Assembly: GCA_035550375.1 (NCBI GenBank)
Contig: DASZPH010000085.1
Span: forward strand, 271,769-335,768
DNA length: 64,000 bases
Source of the DNA: Pirellulales bacterium
GTDB taxonomy: Bacteria; Planctomycetota; Planctomycetia; Pirellulales; JAICIG01
Direction of reading: 5' to 3'
Below, one piece after another: positions 47,839 to 58,328 of the stretch (its first letter is position 1; each line of letters opens with the position of its first letter). The notes below the pieces were generated by a model. It worked only from the letters and a program-made list of their open reading frames with translations. It did no database searches and was not told the origin of the DNA. The position numbers were made by a program, and so were the translations under genes.

Positions 47839-48888
47839 TCACTTTCCAGAATTCCCAAAATCCCCCTCCATCTGGCGCCAGACGCAGTGGATATGGTTGG
47901 CCGGGTTGCCCGCCCCGTCGGGCTGAACGTTGACGAACTCGATGAGGAACGTCTTCCCCTGCGCGCGGTAATAGTGGCCGATGCCCGGCTTGTCGGCCCC
48001 CGCCCAGGCAAAGTAGACGTTCTTGATGCCGGCGTCGCGCACTTCGGCCAAACGCTTCTGGCCGACCTCGAGTGCCATGTTGTCGGTGTACGCCTCCAGC
48101 AGCGACCAAAGGATCTTTTGTTGCTCGTCGCTAAGCTCACCGGCCGGCAGGCCCTCGGGCTCGCCTTGTGGCGGCTGCGCCCCAACGGGGCCGCGGATGT
48201 CGCTCGGCGCCTTGTCGGCGATCATGGCCTTGGCCCGCTGTTCGGCCGAGAGCGACTTCAACAGTTCAAAGGCCCGATCTTCCTCGGCCCGCAACACGCG
48301 CGTGCCCCGTGCGGGTCCCACGCCGACGTCGCTGCGCACGTCGGCCGGGTTAGCCCCAAAAAAAGCCGGTGTGACGGAGACGAGCTTGCCGCCATCGACC
48401 ACAAAATTCAGCGAGAGGTGGTGCCCCTCGACGCTCAGGCCCCAGCGGTCCGACTCGCTCGGCTGGCCGAAGACGGTGAAATAGTAACGCTCCGGATCGC
48501 GCAGCGGAGCACCCTTTTTCTCCTTCTCCAGCTCATGCAAAATGGCCTCCAGGCTCATGATCGTCTTGGCCTTGTCGTAGCCGAGTTGGCTGACGGCGCT
48601 GGCCAACAGCGCGTGGGCCAGCTTCCGCTGCTGCGCGTCCATATGTTTGATCTGCAGCCCCTTGCGTTTGTCCTTGGGGATGAAATGCCAGTCGGTGCGG
48701 GCCACGTCGTCGAATTTCATGCTCGCCTCGGCCCGTTGTTCGGCCGACAGGCCCGCCAGAAAATCGCGGGCTGCGTGCGTCATATCGGCGCCGGCCGGGC
48801 GGAAGTTGACGGCCGCCAGCGTGCCGCCGCAACAGACCAGGAGGGCGGCCAGAACGGCCAGGGATCTTTTCTTGGGGGGGCTTTGCAT
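47839..48888 (-). CDS. DUF3500 domain-containing secreted protein
   Basis: Start 'MQSPPKKRSLAVLAALLVCCGG' (CAT 48886-48888). 'WHFIPKDKRKGL', 'YYFTVFGQPS...WGLSVEGHHLSLNF', 'EFVNVQPD...ANHIHCVWR' fit DUF3500. The upstream part of track ORF 47839..50007 is rejected. Confidence 0.75.
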   Translation of the reverse strand: MQSPPKKRSLAVLAALLVCCGGTLAAVNFRPAGADMTHAARDFLAGLSAEQRAEASMKFDDVARTDWHFIPKDKRKGLQIKHMDAQQRKLAHALLASAVSQLGYDKAKTIMSLEAILHELEKEKKGAPLRDPERYYFTVFGQPSESDRWGLSVEGHHLSLNFVVDGGKLVSVTPAFFGANPADVRSDVGVGPARGTRVLRAEEDRAFELLKSLSAEQRAKAMIADKAPSDIRGPVGAQPPQGEPEGLPAGELSDEQQKILWSLLEAYTDNMALEVGQKRLAEVRDAGIKNVYFAWAGADKPGIGHYYRAQGKTFLIEFVNVQPDGAGNPANHIHCVWRQMEGDFGNSGK

Positions 48889-49061
48889 GGGCGGTGCTCC
48901 AAGTTGAGGCGAGGATTCGCTTGAGGCGGGTAGGTTTCCCGCTACGATAACTCGCCGGGCCGCCAGCAGCCAGGGGCCCGCGGCGGGTGAACGCCGACCG
49001 ATACCGAGCCCGCGAGCGGCTCCCTCTCGTATATTTTGCCCAGGTTTGGTTGGAATCCGTC

Positions 49062-51119
49062 CTACACGGGCGGCGGCACGTCCAGCGCCGGGTTCTGGTC
49101 GAAGAAGCCGTCGGGCTTGAGGGAAAAGCCGATCGAAGCCACCGGCATGACAGGCCAGTCTTCGGGACGCGGCACGTGCGTGTGCCCGAAGACGTACCAG
49201 ACGACGAGCGGCGTGTTCTTGATCGGCCGATCCGCCGCCGTCCAGTACGGAAGACCGTCGCCGGTCGGGTGCTGATTCGGGTAATCGCCCGCCGCGAACC
49301 GCTGGTTCGGGTCGTAGGGCGTCACCCAGAGCTGGTGGGCGACGAAGCCGGCACGCTTCATCACCGCGGCGTCGGGCAAAATCAGGGGCGGACAGTTTTC
49401 TCCCGGCACGAGCCGGTAACCGGTGGGCCGTCCCAGGCGGTTGCGGCGGCCCTCGTTCACGATCCGCCAGAAACGGGCGGCCGCGCCCTTTACCGATCGT
49501 CTGGCGTCGAGTTCGCCGGCCAGCGGCGTGGTTTCGACGCGGAACGCGTTGTGATGCGGGTTCTCCGGGCCGGCCGGCACCGAGACCGTGTCGACCTCCT
49601 CGATCGAGTTGCCTTCGCCGTCGACCGCGACGTCGAGACGGGCGGCAAAAATGTGCTGGTGCAGCGGCGCGTTCAATTGCGGCGCGATTTCGCTGCCGAA
49701 CGGCGACCGCTCGCCCGGCTTGAGGGCCGTCGTGTTCACGATGCCGGTCAGCTTCACCTCGCACGCGATCGTGCCATCCTGCCCGAAGCTCCAGAAGAAA
49801 CCGTAGTCGTAGTTGCCGATGGTGGAGATGAACGAGACGACCAGTCGCCGGCCGCGTCGCGCCTCGCTCTGCCCGGTCCGCCAGTCGCTGTGCTTCCAGA
49901 GCAGGCCCGTGTCTTCCTCGTGGAGACAGACGGCGTTCTTGATCGTGACGGCGCGACCGGCGCCGTTGCACACGTGGGCGTCGAAATAGTGGATCTTTCC
50001 CAGGCAATCGCAGCCGAGGACGAGCGAGTTGGCCAACATGCCGACGCCGAATTCACCGATATCGAAGGCGTTCTTGCGATAGCCGCACTCGCCGGGATCG
50101 CCGTAGGGAACGACCATCTCGCCGATGCTCGCCCGGTAGAGCACGGGCCGTTCTTGCCCCCGGTCTGCGTAACGCACGGTGTGCAACACGAGCCCCTCAC
50201 GCGGCGTAAAACCAACCCGAAATCTCCATTTCTGCCACTGCACTTCCTGGCCGGTGACGGTGAAGCTCGTTCCTTCGGGCTGAGAAACAAAAAGCGGCTT
50301 GAGATCGTTTCGCGGTGTCGGCAAAAAGTCCCCCGCCCAGTTGCCGCTGGTCGGCGGCAGCGGCACAACTCCGTAGTCTTCGATCCGCAGCACTTCCATC
50401 TTGTGCAAATCGACAACGGCCACGATGCCTTCCAGGGGCCGCGCGTAACCGTTGTCCCCCGCTTCGCTGCGCACCCAACAGAGGGCCCTCGCCAGACGTT
50501 TGCCGCGGTCCTCGGCCGGTTCGGTGCCGTACATGCCGGCCGACCAGGCGTCGACCATCACCAACTCGACGTCGTTCAGGCCCCTTCTGGCCAGCGCGGC
50601 ACGAAATTCCGGCGAGCGCTTGACGGCCGCTTCGCATTGGTCGCATTCGTCGGAGATAACCATGGGCTGCAATCCGGCGGCGAGAGCCTCGTACTTCGTC
50701 ACCTCTTCGGTCGAGAGGTCGACGATGGCTTCGAACGCCTGGCCGGCCGACGGATCCATCACGACGATTGCCGCGGTCCGAGCGGGGGAATCTGCCAGTT
50801 GCCAGGCGAGGGGCCGGTTCGGCTCGGCCAGCGCCACGCTGACGAACCGCCACGAATTGCCGATGGGCTTTTGTTTTCGCAGAACGGCCACGGCCTGTTC
50901 GATCTCGTCGGTCGTAAGCGGATCGAGGGGATGCGGCGCCGGCCGCGTTTTGCTCCCCGCGCTGGATTGCGTCGCGCCGGATCGCTCGGCCGCGTGGGCT
51001 GCTCCCGTGACCAGCCATCGTCCCGCCGCCAGCACTCCCGTTGTCGCCGCCGAGGCACCCAGGAACGCCCGTCGAGAAGTCGTGGAGCCGCCCGAATGTA
51101 GATCGTCTGCGTGTGCCAT
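49062..51119 (-). CDS. copper-containing primary amine oxidase (Tat-exported)
   Basis: Tat-type 'SRRAFLGASAATTGVLAAG'. TPQ consensus 'TIGNYDYGFFWSF'. His ligands in 'HQHIFAARLD' and 'HTHVPRPEDWPVMP'. Confidence 0.9.
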   Translation of the reverse strand: MAHADDLHSGGSTTSRRAFLGASAATTGVLAAGRWLVTGAAHAAERSGATQSSAGSKTRPAPHPLDPLTTDEIEQAVAVLRKQKPIGNSWRFVSVALAEPNRPLAWQLADSPARTAAIVVMDPSAGQAFEAIVDLSTEEVTKYEALAAGLQPMVISDECDQCEAAVKRSPEFRAALARRGLNDVELVMVDAWSAGMYGTEPAEDRGKRLARALCWVRSEAGDNGYARPLEGIVAVVDLHKMEVLRIEDYGVVPLPPTSGNWAGDFLPTPRNDLKPLFVSQPEGTSFTVTGQEVQWQKWRFRVGFTPREGLVLHTVRYADRGQERPVLYRASIGEMVVPYGDPGECGYRKNAFDIGEFGVGMLANSLVLGCDCLGKIHYFDAHVCNGAGRAVTIKNAVCLHEEDTGLLWKHSDWRTGQSEARRGRRLVVSFISTIGNYDYGFFWSFGQDGTIACEVKLTGIVNTTALKPGERSPFGSEIAPQLNAPLHQHIFAARLDVAVDGEGNSIEEVDTVSVPAGPENPHHNAFRVETTPLAGELDARRSVKGAAARFWRIVNEGRRNRLGRPTGYRLVPGENCPPLILPDAAVMKRAGFVAHQLWVTPYDPNQRFAAGDYPNQHPTGDGLPYWTAADRPIKNTPLVVWYVFGHTHVPRPEDWPVMPVASIGFSLKPDGFFDQNPALDVPPPV

Positions 51120-51298
51120 GTACGGTGCTCGTGAAAACCCCACTAAGTATAGCGTCGCGTGCGGTTTCGCTCACCCGCAAAGATCTAACAACCGGTTAAT
51201 TGCAATTGCCGAGGCAAAGGCTGACAATAATCTTGGTCTGCCGCTCCACGACGGGTGGTAGACTTGCTAAACGACTGACCCCGCACGAGGAACGTGCC

Positions 51299-52546
51299 AT
51301 GTCTGTGTACCTGCGTTGGCTCGTCATCTCGACCTTGTTTCTGACGTCCGACCAGCTCGCGTTCGCGCGCGGTTTTGGAGGCGGCCACGCAGGCGGCTTT
51401 CATGGGGGCGGCTTTGCGGGGGGCGCTCACCTTGGTGGAATGGGCGGTGCTCATTTCGGCGGAATGGGCGGCGTGCACCCTGGCGGTTTTGGAGGAGGCT
51501 TTCGGGAAGGGGGCGGCCTCCCGGGCGGCCAGATTGGCGGAATGAACCGCGGCATGGGCGGCATCGACCGCGGCGGTTTTGATCGTGGGGAGCTTGGCGG
51601 CTTTAGCGGCGGAGCGATGAGCGGCTATCGCGGCCTCGACGGGGCACGCCCCGGAGAAGTCGGCGGGTTCGGGGCCGGCGGCTATCGGGTAGGCGGCTTC
51701 GATCATTCGATGGGCGCTTACGGCGCCGCGTCGCGCGGCGATTTGAATCGCTTCCTCGGACTGCCGACCGACGCGGGCATGAACGCGGCGGCGGGCGTGG
51801 CGGGACGCGGCTTCATGGCCGAAGGCCCGCGAGGCGGTGCGGTCGCCGCCGGAAGCATTGCTGCCGGGCGCGGTTTTCGCGCGGTCTCGCCCGCCTCCTA
51901 CCACGCTCAGGGCTGGGCAGTACGCCGCGGCTTTGGCGGCTACGGCTGGTACGGTCGCGACTGGTATCGACGCTATCCCGGCGCCTGGTGGCCCGCAGGC
52001 TGGTACGCAGGCGCGGCTGGGGCCTGGGCCTGGTGTACCTGGGCCTCGCTCGGCGGTTGGTTTGGCTACTCCGGCGTCTCCCCCATGTACTACAACTACG
52101 GCAGCAACTTCGTCTACGACGGGGACGACGTCTACTACAACGGCCAACCGATCGGCACCGCGGCCGACTACTACGACCAGGCCAACACGCTGGCGGCGGG
52201 CGCGGCGGCGCCCGATCCCGACGCCACCGACTGGCTCCCTCTCGGGGTCTTCAGCCTGGTGGAGAGCGATCAAACTCAGCCCTCGCTGGTTTTTCAACTG
52301 GCGGTAAACAAGGCCGGAACGGTCCGCGGCAACTGCTCCAAGCCCGACGAAGAATTCGTCGGCGCCGTGCAGGGGGCGGTCGACAAGGAAAAGCAGCGCG
52401 TCGCGTGGACCGTCGGCGACGACAAGCAAACGATTTACGAGACCGGTCTCTACAACCTCACCAAGGACGAAGCGCCGGCCCTCGTTCACCGCGGGGCCGA
52501 CAACACCGAACAATGGCTGCTCGTGCGCATGAAGCAGCCCGAATGA
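51299..52546 (+). CDS. secreted Gly-rich protein with W/Y-rich conserved C-terminal domain
   Basis: Signal 'MSVYLRWLVISTLFLTSDQLAFA'. 'RGFGGGHAGGFHGGGFAGGAHLGGMGG' repeats. C-terminal 'WWPAGWYAGAAGAWAW...YNYGSNFVYDGDDVYYNGQP'. Paralogue at 53676. Confidence 0.6.
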   Translation: MSVYLRWLVISTLFLTSDQLAFARGFGGGHAGGFHGGGFAGGAHLGGMGGAHFGGMGGVHPGGFGGGFREGGGLPGGQIGGMNRGMGGIDRGGFDRGELGGFSGGAMSGYRGLDGARPGEVGGFGAGGYRVGGFDHSMGAYGAASRGDLNRFLGLPTDAGMNAAAGVAGRGFMAEGPRGGAVAAGSIAAGRGFRAVSPASYHAQGWAVRRGFGGYGWYGRDWYRRYPGAWWPAGWYAGAAGAWAWCTWASLGGWFGYSGVSPMYYNYGSNFVYDGDDVYYNGQPIGTAADYYDQANTLAAGAAAPDPDATDWLPLGVFSLVESDQTQPSLVFQLAVNKAGTVRGNCSKPDEEFVGAVQGAVDKEKQRVAWTVGDDKQTIYETGLYNLTKDEAPALVHRGADNTEQWLLVRMKQPE

Positions 52547-52610
52547 GAGGCCAGTTGGCCGAGCAGAAAGCCGTCAAACGAGCGGGCACCGAGGAAACGA
52601 AGAAATCACC

Positions 52611-53555
52611 ATGAAGTACGCACTCTCCTCTTGTGGATTGATCATCGCGATGATGGTTGTCGCCGCGCCGGCCCAGGAAAAGAAGCCGGCAGCGCCGCGT
52701 CGCGAACAGGCCAAGCCGGCGAAGGCCGACGCGTCGGCAGACGAGCAGGCGATCCGGGCCACAGCCGACGTGTTCGTCAAGGCCTTCAATTCGGGTGATG
52801 CGCAAGCCTTGGGTGCCCTGTGGACCGCCGACGCCGATTACACGGACGAGAACGGCCAGGTCTATCACGGCCGCGCCGCCATCGAAAAGGAGTATACCTC
52901 CCTCTTCAAAGCGCACTCCGACATGACGCTGAAGATCGACGTTCAGTCGGTCCGCGTTCTCAATCCGACGACCGCCCTCGAGGACGGCCGCACGGCGATC
53001 GTCGCGCAAGGCCAGACGATCTCGCAAGCGCGCTACACTGCGGTGCACGTGAAGGAAAACGGCAAATGGCTGCTTTCCGCGGTACGTGATATGCCCGATG
53101 CCGGTTCAGCCGACGCGACCTTTCTGGCCCTCGACTTCTTCGTGGGCGAGTGGGTCGCCCACGGTGATACCGTGTCGGTTAAGACGAGCTGCAAATGGGC
53201 CGTCGGCAAGAAATTTCTTCTCCGTACCTTCGTCGTGAGCGGGCACGACAAGGACACGCCCGAACGATCCGGTTTGCAGGTCATCGGCTTCGATCCGGCC
53301 AGCCGGCAGATCCGTTCGTGGACGTTCGACTCCAGCGGCGGGCATGGCCAGGGTCTCTGGACGCCAGTGGACGGGGGCTGGGCCATCGAATCGCAGGGAG
53401 TGCTCGCCGACGGAACTCCTACGGCTTCCACGGATCTGGTCGAGCGCGTGAATGACAACATTTTAGGTTGGCAGTCGGTCAATCGCATGGCGGGCGGCCA
53501 GCAGCTTCCGAATACCGAACAGGTGGTCTTGGAGCGAGTCGAGCCGCGCTCCTAG
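52611..53555 (+). CDS. secreted NTF2-like (SnoaL/DUF4440-type) two-domain protein
   Basis: Signal peptide, then 'DEQAIRATADVFVKAFNSGDAQALGALWTADADYTDENGQVYHGRAAIEKEY...VHVKENGKWLLSAVRD'. Confidence 0.65.
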   Translation: MKYALSSCGLIIAMMVVAAPAQEKKPAAPRREQAKPAKADASADEQAIRATADVFVKAFNSGDAQALGALWTADADYTDENGQVYHGRAAIEKEYTSLFKAHSDMTLKIDVQSVRVLNPTTALEDGRTAIVAQGQTISQARYTAVHVKENGKWLLSAVRDMPDAGSADATFLALDFFVGEWVAHGDTVSVKTSCKWAVGKKFLLRTFVVSGHDKDTPERSGLQVIGFDPASRQIRSWTFDSSGGHGQGLWTPVDGGWAIESQGVLADGTPTASTDLVERVNDNILGWQSVNRMAGGQQLPNTEQVVLERVEPRS

Positions 53556-53675
53556 GCCGAGCTATTTGTCGACAGACTCGTGAGAAGTCTGGTCGTCGTG
53601 CCCTTGGCGGCCATGTCTCGCCCGTTTCTGCTACGCAGTTATCCGATTCGAACTTGAATCTGAGAGAGAATTCCC

Positions 53676-54988
53676 ATGTGCACCCCTCTGCGGCTGATGT
53701 TGGCCTGTTTGTTGTTTGCCTCGACGAGTCAAGTCGCGTCGGCGCGTGGCTTCGGAGGTTTTAGCGGGTCCGCCGGGGGATATAGCGGTCTGGCCCGGCG
53801 CGGGTTCGATATGGGGGGGCCGACCAGCTACTATCGCGCCTACCTTCCGGGTGGTCTCGGCCTGGAGGAGCGGAGCGATCTCACCCCGACGGAAAGCGGC
53901 CCGTCTGGTGTCGGATACCGGGGGGACAACTTCAGCACGCCGACCGGCAGGTATAGCAGTCTGGCCCGGCGCGGGTTCGATATGGGGGGACCGACCAGCT
54001 ACTACCGCCCCTTCATCGGCGCGGGTCTGACCGGCGCCGAGCGCGAAGACTTGAGCGGCGCGGGCCCCGGATACGTCGGCCAATATCGGGGGGACAACTT
54101 CAGCACGCCCACGGGCAGCTACGTCGGTCTCGAAAGGCGTGGCTTCGACATGGGCGGCATGTCGCGATTGAACAACCTGCCCACCGACAGCGGCCTGACG
54201 AGCGTCGGGGGCGCTGCCCAACGACGCGCCGCGCCGCGAAGAACCCCGGCCGAAAACGCGGCAGGCGGACCCTCCCCGTCCCGCGGCTTTCATCGCCTCT
54301 CGCCCGCCACCAACCGGGCACAAGGTCTGGCGGTACGCGGCAGCTTTCCGGGCTATGGTTGGTACGGCCGCGGCTGGCACGAGCGGTACGCCGGCTCGTG
54401 GTGGCCGGCCGGTTGGTATCAGCCAAATGTGGGCGCCTGGGCATGGACCACCTGGTCGGTCCTTGGTCCCTGGACTGGTTACGCCGACAGCTCTCCCATC
54501 TTCTACAACTACGGCGATAACTTCGTCTACGACGGCGATAACGTCTACTTCGCCGGGCAGCCTCTCGGTTCGGCCGCCGAGTACTACGACCAGGTAAGCA
54601 AGGTCGCCCACGGCGCAGCCGAGCCCGATGCCGCCGCGAGCGACTGGTTGCCGCTGGGCGTTTTTGGCCTCGCCAGGGTCGGCCAGCCGAAGCCGACGCT
54701 GGTGTTCCAACTGGCCGGGACAAGGCCGGCACGCTCAGAGGCAATTGCTCGCAGGCCGACGAGACGTTCTTGGGAGAGGTGAGGGGAGCGGTCGACAAGG
54801 AAAGACAGCGCGCGGCTTGGACGGTGGGGGACGACGAGCAGACCGTCTATGAAACAGGGCTCTACAACCTGACCAAAGACGAAGCTCCCGCTCTGGTTCA
54901 CCGCGCCGCCGACAAGACCGAGCAGTGGCTGCTGGTGCGCGTCAAGCAGCCTGACAATCGGCCCGCTGGCGAAAATGGCGCTCGCTGA
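53676..54988 (+). pseudogene. frameshifted paralogue of the 51299-52546 Gly-rich protein
   Basis: Track ORFs 53676..54782 and 54770..54988 together are collinear with the paralogue. The frame changes at the G-run 54717-54719 ('LAG|DKAGTLRGNCS' versus 'LAVNKAGTVRGNCS'). Confidence 0.6.
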
Positions 54989-55149
54989 CGGAGCGAAGCG
55001 GCCTGCGGACGGGGGTGGACTCAGCTTGAGTCAGCCCGTTGCACGGTTGGATTTGGTGGGTGGGATTTGCTGGACGCTGCGCAACGCCGATGACATACTG
55101 AATTCGCTTCAGTTTTTCGCGTTTTTGATTCAAACGGCTCGTCGCGTTT

Positions 55150-55650
55150 GTGCCTGCTCCCATCGCCCAAAAGAACTCATCGCAGTTCGTCGGCTTTCAA
55201 CTTGCTGGCCAGGAATACGCCTTCCGGATCGAGCGGATCCAGGAAATCGTCATCCTCAAGCAGGTGACGAAGACGCCGCAGGTGCCCGATTACGTCGAAG
55301 GCGTAAGCAACCTGCGCGGTTCGATCATACCGATCATCAACCTGCGAAGCTTATTCGGTCTGGAGCCCCGGCCGGCCGATAGCGAGACGCGCACGATCGT
55401 GGTCAACGTCGGGCCGCGCACGATGGGCTGCACCGTGGACACGGTTTCGCAGGTCATGCGCATTCCGGAAGAGAATATCCAGGCGGCGCCGGAAACCGTC
55501 ACTGCCGCCGGCGCCCACTATATCGCCGGATTTGCCCGTCACAACGGGCGCCTGATGATCCTGCTCGATACCGACGAGCTCCTCGACCCGGCGAAGCTTG
55601 AGCTGGTGAGTCAGTCGGCCGCGCAGGAACTGAGTAACCTATCGGGATGA
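55150..55650 (+). CDS. cheW: chemotaxis coupling protein CheW
   Basis: '[23 protein letters not shown]...[27 protein letters not shown]' is a CheW-like domain. Confidence 0.85.
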   Translation: MPAPIAQKNSSQFVGFQLAGQEYAFRIERIQEIVILKQVTKTPQVPDYVEGVSNLRGSIIPIINLRSLFGLEPRPADSETRTIVVNVGPRTMGCTVDTVSQVMRIPEENIQAAPETVTAAGAHYIAGFARHNGRLMILLDTDELLDPAKLELVSQSAAQELSNLSG

Positions 55651-55736
55651 CGCTTCGCTGCCCGCCAGCGGCAGCAAACCGCGGACGGAGCCCCTTGCAC
55701 CTTCCTCGTTCGAGACACAACTGGGAGCAATCGGAA

Positions 55737-57470
55737 ATGGCAACCGTTCCAGGCCGCGGCCGAAACAAGCCGGCGGTCGCCCGCAAGTCGGCGCCCCGAT
55801 TAAACGCCGCTTTCTTCGAGCAGATCGCCGAAAACACCGGAGTCCACGTGATCGCGGCCGATCGCGAGTTGCGAATCGTGTACATGAACCCGGCTTCCGT
55901 CAAGACGCTCCGCAAGATCGAGCATCTGCTCCCCTGTCGCGTGGACGATATGATCGGAAAGTCCATCGACGTTTTTCACAAGCAACCCGAAATGCAGCGG
56001 CGCCTGTTGGCCGACCCCAACAATCTGCCACACCGCGCGAAGATACGGCTGGGAGACGAGATCCTCGACCTGACCGCGACCGCCATGCGCGATGCGCGGG
56101 GCAGCTACATCGGCCCCATGATCAACTGGGAGCTCGTCACCCAAGCCGAGCATGTGCGGGCCCAACAGCAGCGATTGCAGCAGATGGTCGAGAACGCCGC
56201 CGTGCGCCTGATCATGGCCGACCGCGATTTCAACATCGTCTACATGAACCCGGCATCCATCCAGGCGCTCCGCCGGTTGGAGCACCTGCTTCCTTGCCGC
56301 GTCGACGAGATCATCGGGAAGTCGATCGACATCTTCCACAAGAGTCCCGAACAGCAGCGCCGGTTGCTCTCGGACCCCCGCAACCTACCCCACCGGGCAA
56401 CTATCCAACTGGGCGATGAACTGCTTGATCTGTCGGTGAACGCCATCCGTGACGAGCAAGGCGGTTACATCGGTCCTATGGTGACCTGGGAGGTCATTAC
56501 CGAGGCGGAGCGAGCCAAAGAGCGCGAGCAGCAGCTCCAGCAACAGCAGAAGGCGGCCAGGGAAGATCTGGAGCGCAAGGTGAACTCGCTGCTGCAGGTC
56601 GTCACGGCCGCGGCCGCAGGTGATCTGACGAGCGACGGCGACGTTCACGGCGACGACGACATGGGTCGCCTGGCGGCCGGTCTGAGGAAGATGCTGGGCG
56701 ATCTGCGAAACGTGATCGGCCAGGTCGTGGAAGCGGCCAACCAGCAGAACGAAGGCGCCCGCACGATCGCCGAAAGCAGCGCCAACCTGAGCGAGGGGGC
56801 GCAGTCGCAGGCCGCCTCCGTCGAGCAGATGACCGCCTCGGTCGAACAACTGATCGGCTCCATCGACGTGATCTCCAGAAGCGCCGCCGAGTCGAAGGCC
56901 CAGGCCGAAGCCACGGTTGTCCTGGCCAAAGGGGGTGGAACGACCGTCGCCGAGGCCGTGAATTCGATGCAGTTGATCCGCAAGTCGAGCGAGCAGATCA
57001 ACGACATCATCCAGGTGATCAGCGAGATCGCGAGCCAGACCAACTTGCTGGCCCTGAACGCGGCCATCGAGGCGGCCCGCGCCGGCGAGCACGGGCTGGG
57101 GTTCGCCGTCGTGGCCGATGAAGTGCGCAAGCTGGCGGAACGATCGAGCGAGGCGGCCAAGGAGATCACGCAGCTCATCAAGGAATCGTCGCGGCGCGTC
57201 GAGGAGGGGGCGACTTTGTCGGGCAAGGTCGGCGAGTCGCTCAAGTCGATCGTCGAGGCGGTGGACAAAACGGCCGCGGGAATCGCCAAGATCGCCGTCT
57301 CGACCGAGACTCAGGCCGCCAGCGCCACCCAGGTCAAGGCCGCCATCCGCTCGGTATCGCACACCACCGAGTCGAACGCGGCGGCCGCGGAAGAGATGGC
57401 GGCCAGCGCCGAGCAGCTCGGCGCGCAGGCGCAGACCCTGAGAGATCTGGTCGCCCGATTCAAGGCGTGA
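55737..57470 (+). CDS. soluble methyl-accepting chemotaxis protein with two tandem PAS domains
   Basis: No TM segments. Duplicated PAS ('IVYMNPAS...LLPCRVD..IGKSID.FHK.PE.QRRLL.DP.NLPHRA'). MCP signalling domain '[40 protein letters not shown]'. Confidence 0.85.
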   Translation: MATVPGRGRNKPAVARKSAPRLNAAFFEQIAENTGVHVIAADRELRIVYMNPASVKTLRKIEHLLPCRVDDMIGKSIDVFHKQPEMQRRLLADPNNLPHRAKIRLGDEILDLTATAMRDARGSYIGPMINWELVTQAEHVRAQQQRLQQMVENAAVRLIMADRDFNIVYMNPASIQALRRLEHLLPCRVDEIIGKSIDIFHKSPEQQRRLLSDPRNLPHRATIQLGDELLDLSVNAIRDEQGGYIGPMVTWEVITEAERAKEREQQLQQQQKAAREDLERKVNSLLQVVTAAAAGDLTSDGDVHGDDDMGRLAAGLRKMLGDLRNVIGQVVEAANQQNEGARTIAESSANLSEGAQSQAASVEQMTASVEQLIGSIDVISRSAAESKAQAEATVVLAKGGGTTVAEAVNSMQLIRKSSEQINDIIQVISEIASQTNLLALNAAIEAARAGEHGLGFAVVADEVRKLAERSSEAAKEITQLIKESSRRVEEGATLSGKVGESLKSIVEAVDKTAAGIAKIAVSTETQAASATQVKAAIRSVSHTTESNAAAAEEMAASAEQLGAQAQTLRDLVARFKA

Positions 57471-57479
57471 GGCCGCGTC

Positions 57480-58310
57480 GTGCTGGAACTGGAAAAACTG
57501 TCGCAGCCGCAGTTCGACCGCTTTCGCGATTTCATCTACCGTCGCAGCGGCATTCGCGTGGAAGCCTCCAAAATCACGCTGGTCAGCAACCGCATCCGCC
57601 GCCGCTTACGGGCCGGGGGATTCGTTGATTTCGACACGTACTACCAGCACCTCACTTCTCCGCAGGGAGCGGGGGAGCTCGAACAGTTCCTCGATGCGAT
57701 CACCACCAACGAGACCTACTTCTTCCGGACCGGGGCGCATTTCGACTGGTTCAAAAGCGACTTTCTTAGCGAACTCATCTTGAAGCAGCGTCGAGGAGAG
57801 CGCGAGCCGGCTTTGCGCGTCTGGTCGGCGGCGTGCAGCACCGGCGAGGAACCCTACTCCCTGGCCATCTGCCTGGCGGAAAACGCCCTGCGGCTGCGGG
57901 GCTGGCAGCTTTCGATCGTCGGCACCGACATCAGCGAGGGCGTTCTGAAGGACGCTCGCCAGGGCGTTTATCGCCCCCGGTCGCTGGCGGAGGTCAGTTC
58001 CGTGCAGAAGCGTCGTTACTTCGACGTGGTCGAAGAAGGAACGTCCTGGCAGGTGCGGGCCGCGGTACGCCAGCTTGTCGAGTTTCGCCGGCACAACCTG
58101 ATGGAACCGCTGCGACTGCCGCCGTTCGACTGCATCTTCATCCGCAACGTGCTGATCTATTTCGATCGCGAATCGAAGCGGGCGGTCATCCGCAACCTCA
58201 TCGAAGCCCTGGCACCCGGCGGATATCTCGTCGTCGGCCCTTCGGAAGGGATCTACGACATGCTCGCGCCTCTGGCGAAGCAGGCGACTTACCTCTATCG
58301 CAAGGCCTGA
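57480..58310 (+). CDS. cheR: chemotaxis protein methyltransferase CheR
   Basis: 'TNETYFFR', 'LRVWSAACSTGEEPYSLAI', 'DISEGVLKDARQGVY', 'FDCIFIRNVLIYFD'. GTG start. Confidence 0.9.
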   Translation: MLELEKLSQPQFDRFRDFIYRRSGIRVEASKITLVSNRIRRRLRAGGFVDFDTYYQHLTSPQGAGELEQFLDAITTNETYFFRTGAHFDWFKSDFLSELILKQRRGEREPALRVWSAACSTGEEPYSLAICLAENALRLRGWQLSIVGTDISEGVLKDARQGVYRPRSLAEVSSVQKRRYFDVVEEGTSWQVRAAVRQLVEFRRHNLMEPLRLPPFDCIFIRNVLIYFDRESKRAVIRNLIEALAPGGYLVVGPSEGIYDMLAPLAKQATYLYRKA

Positions 58311-58328
58311 CGGCGGGAATCGGCGGCG

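Noticed and set aside
48889-50007. Upstream 370 aa of track ORF 47839..50007 (722 aa).
   Set aside because: This part is Arg/Pro/Gly-rich and overlaps the amine oxidase gene on the same strand in another frame. The recognisable DUF3500 protein starts with a signal peptide at Met 48888.
54770-54988. Independent 72-aa gene.
   Set aside because: It is collinear with the C-terminus of the paralogue at 51299-52546 and is joined to 53676..54782 by a 1-nt frame change, so it is treated as part of one frameshifted gene.
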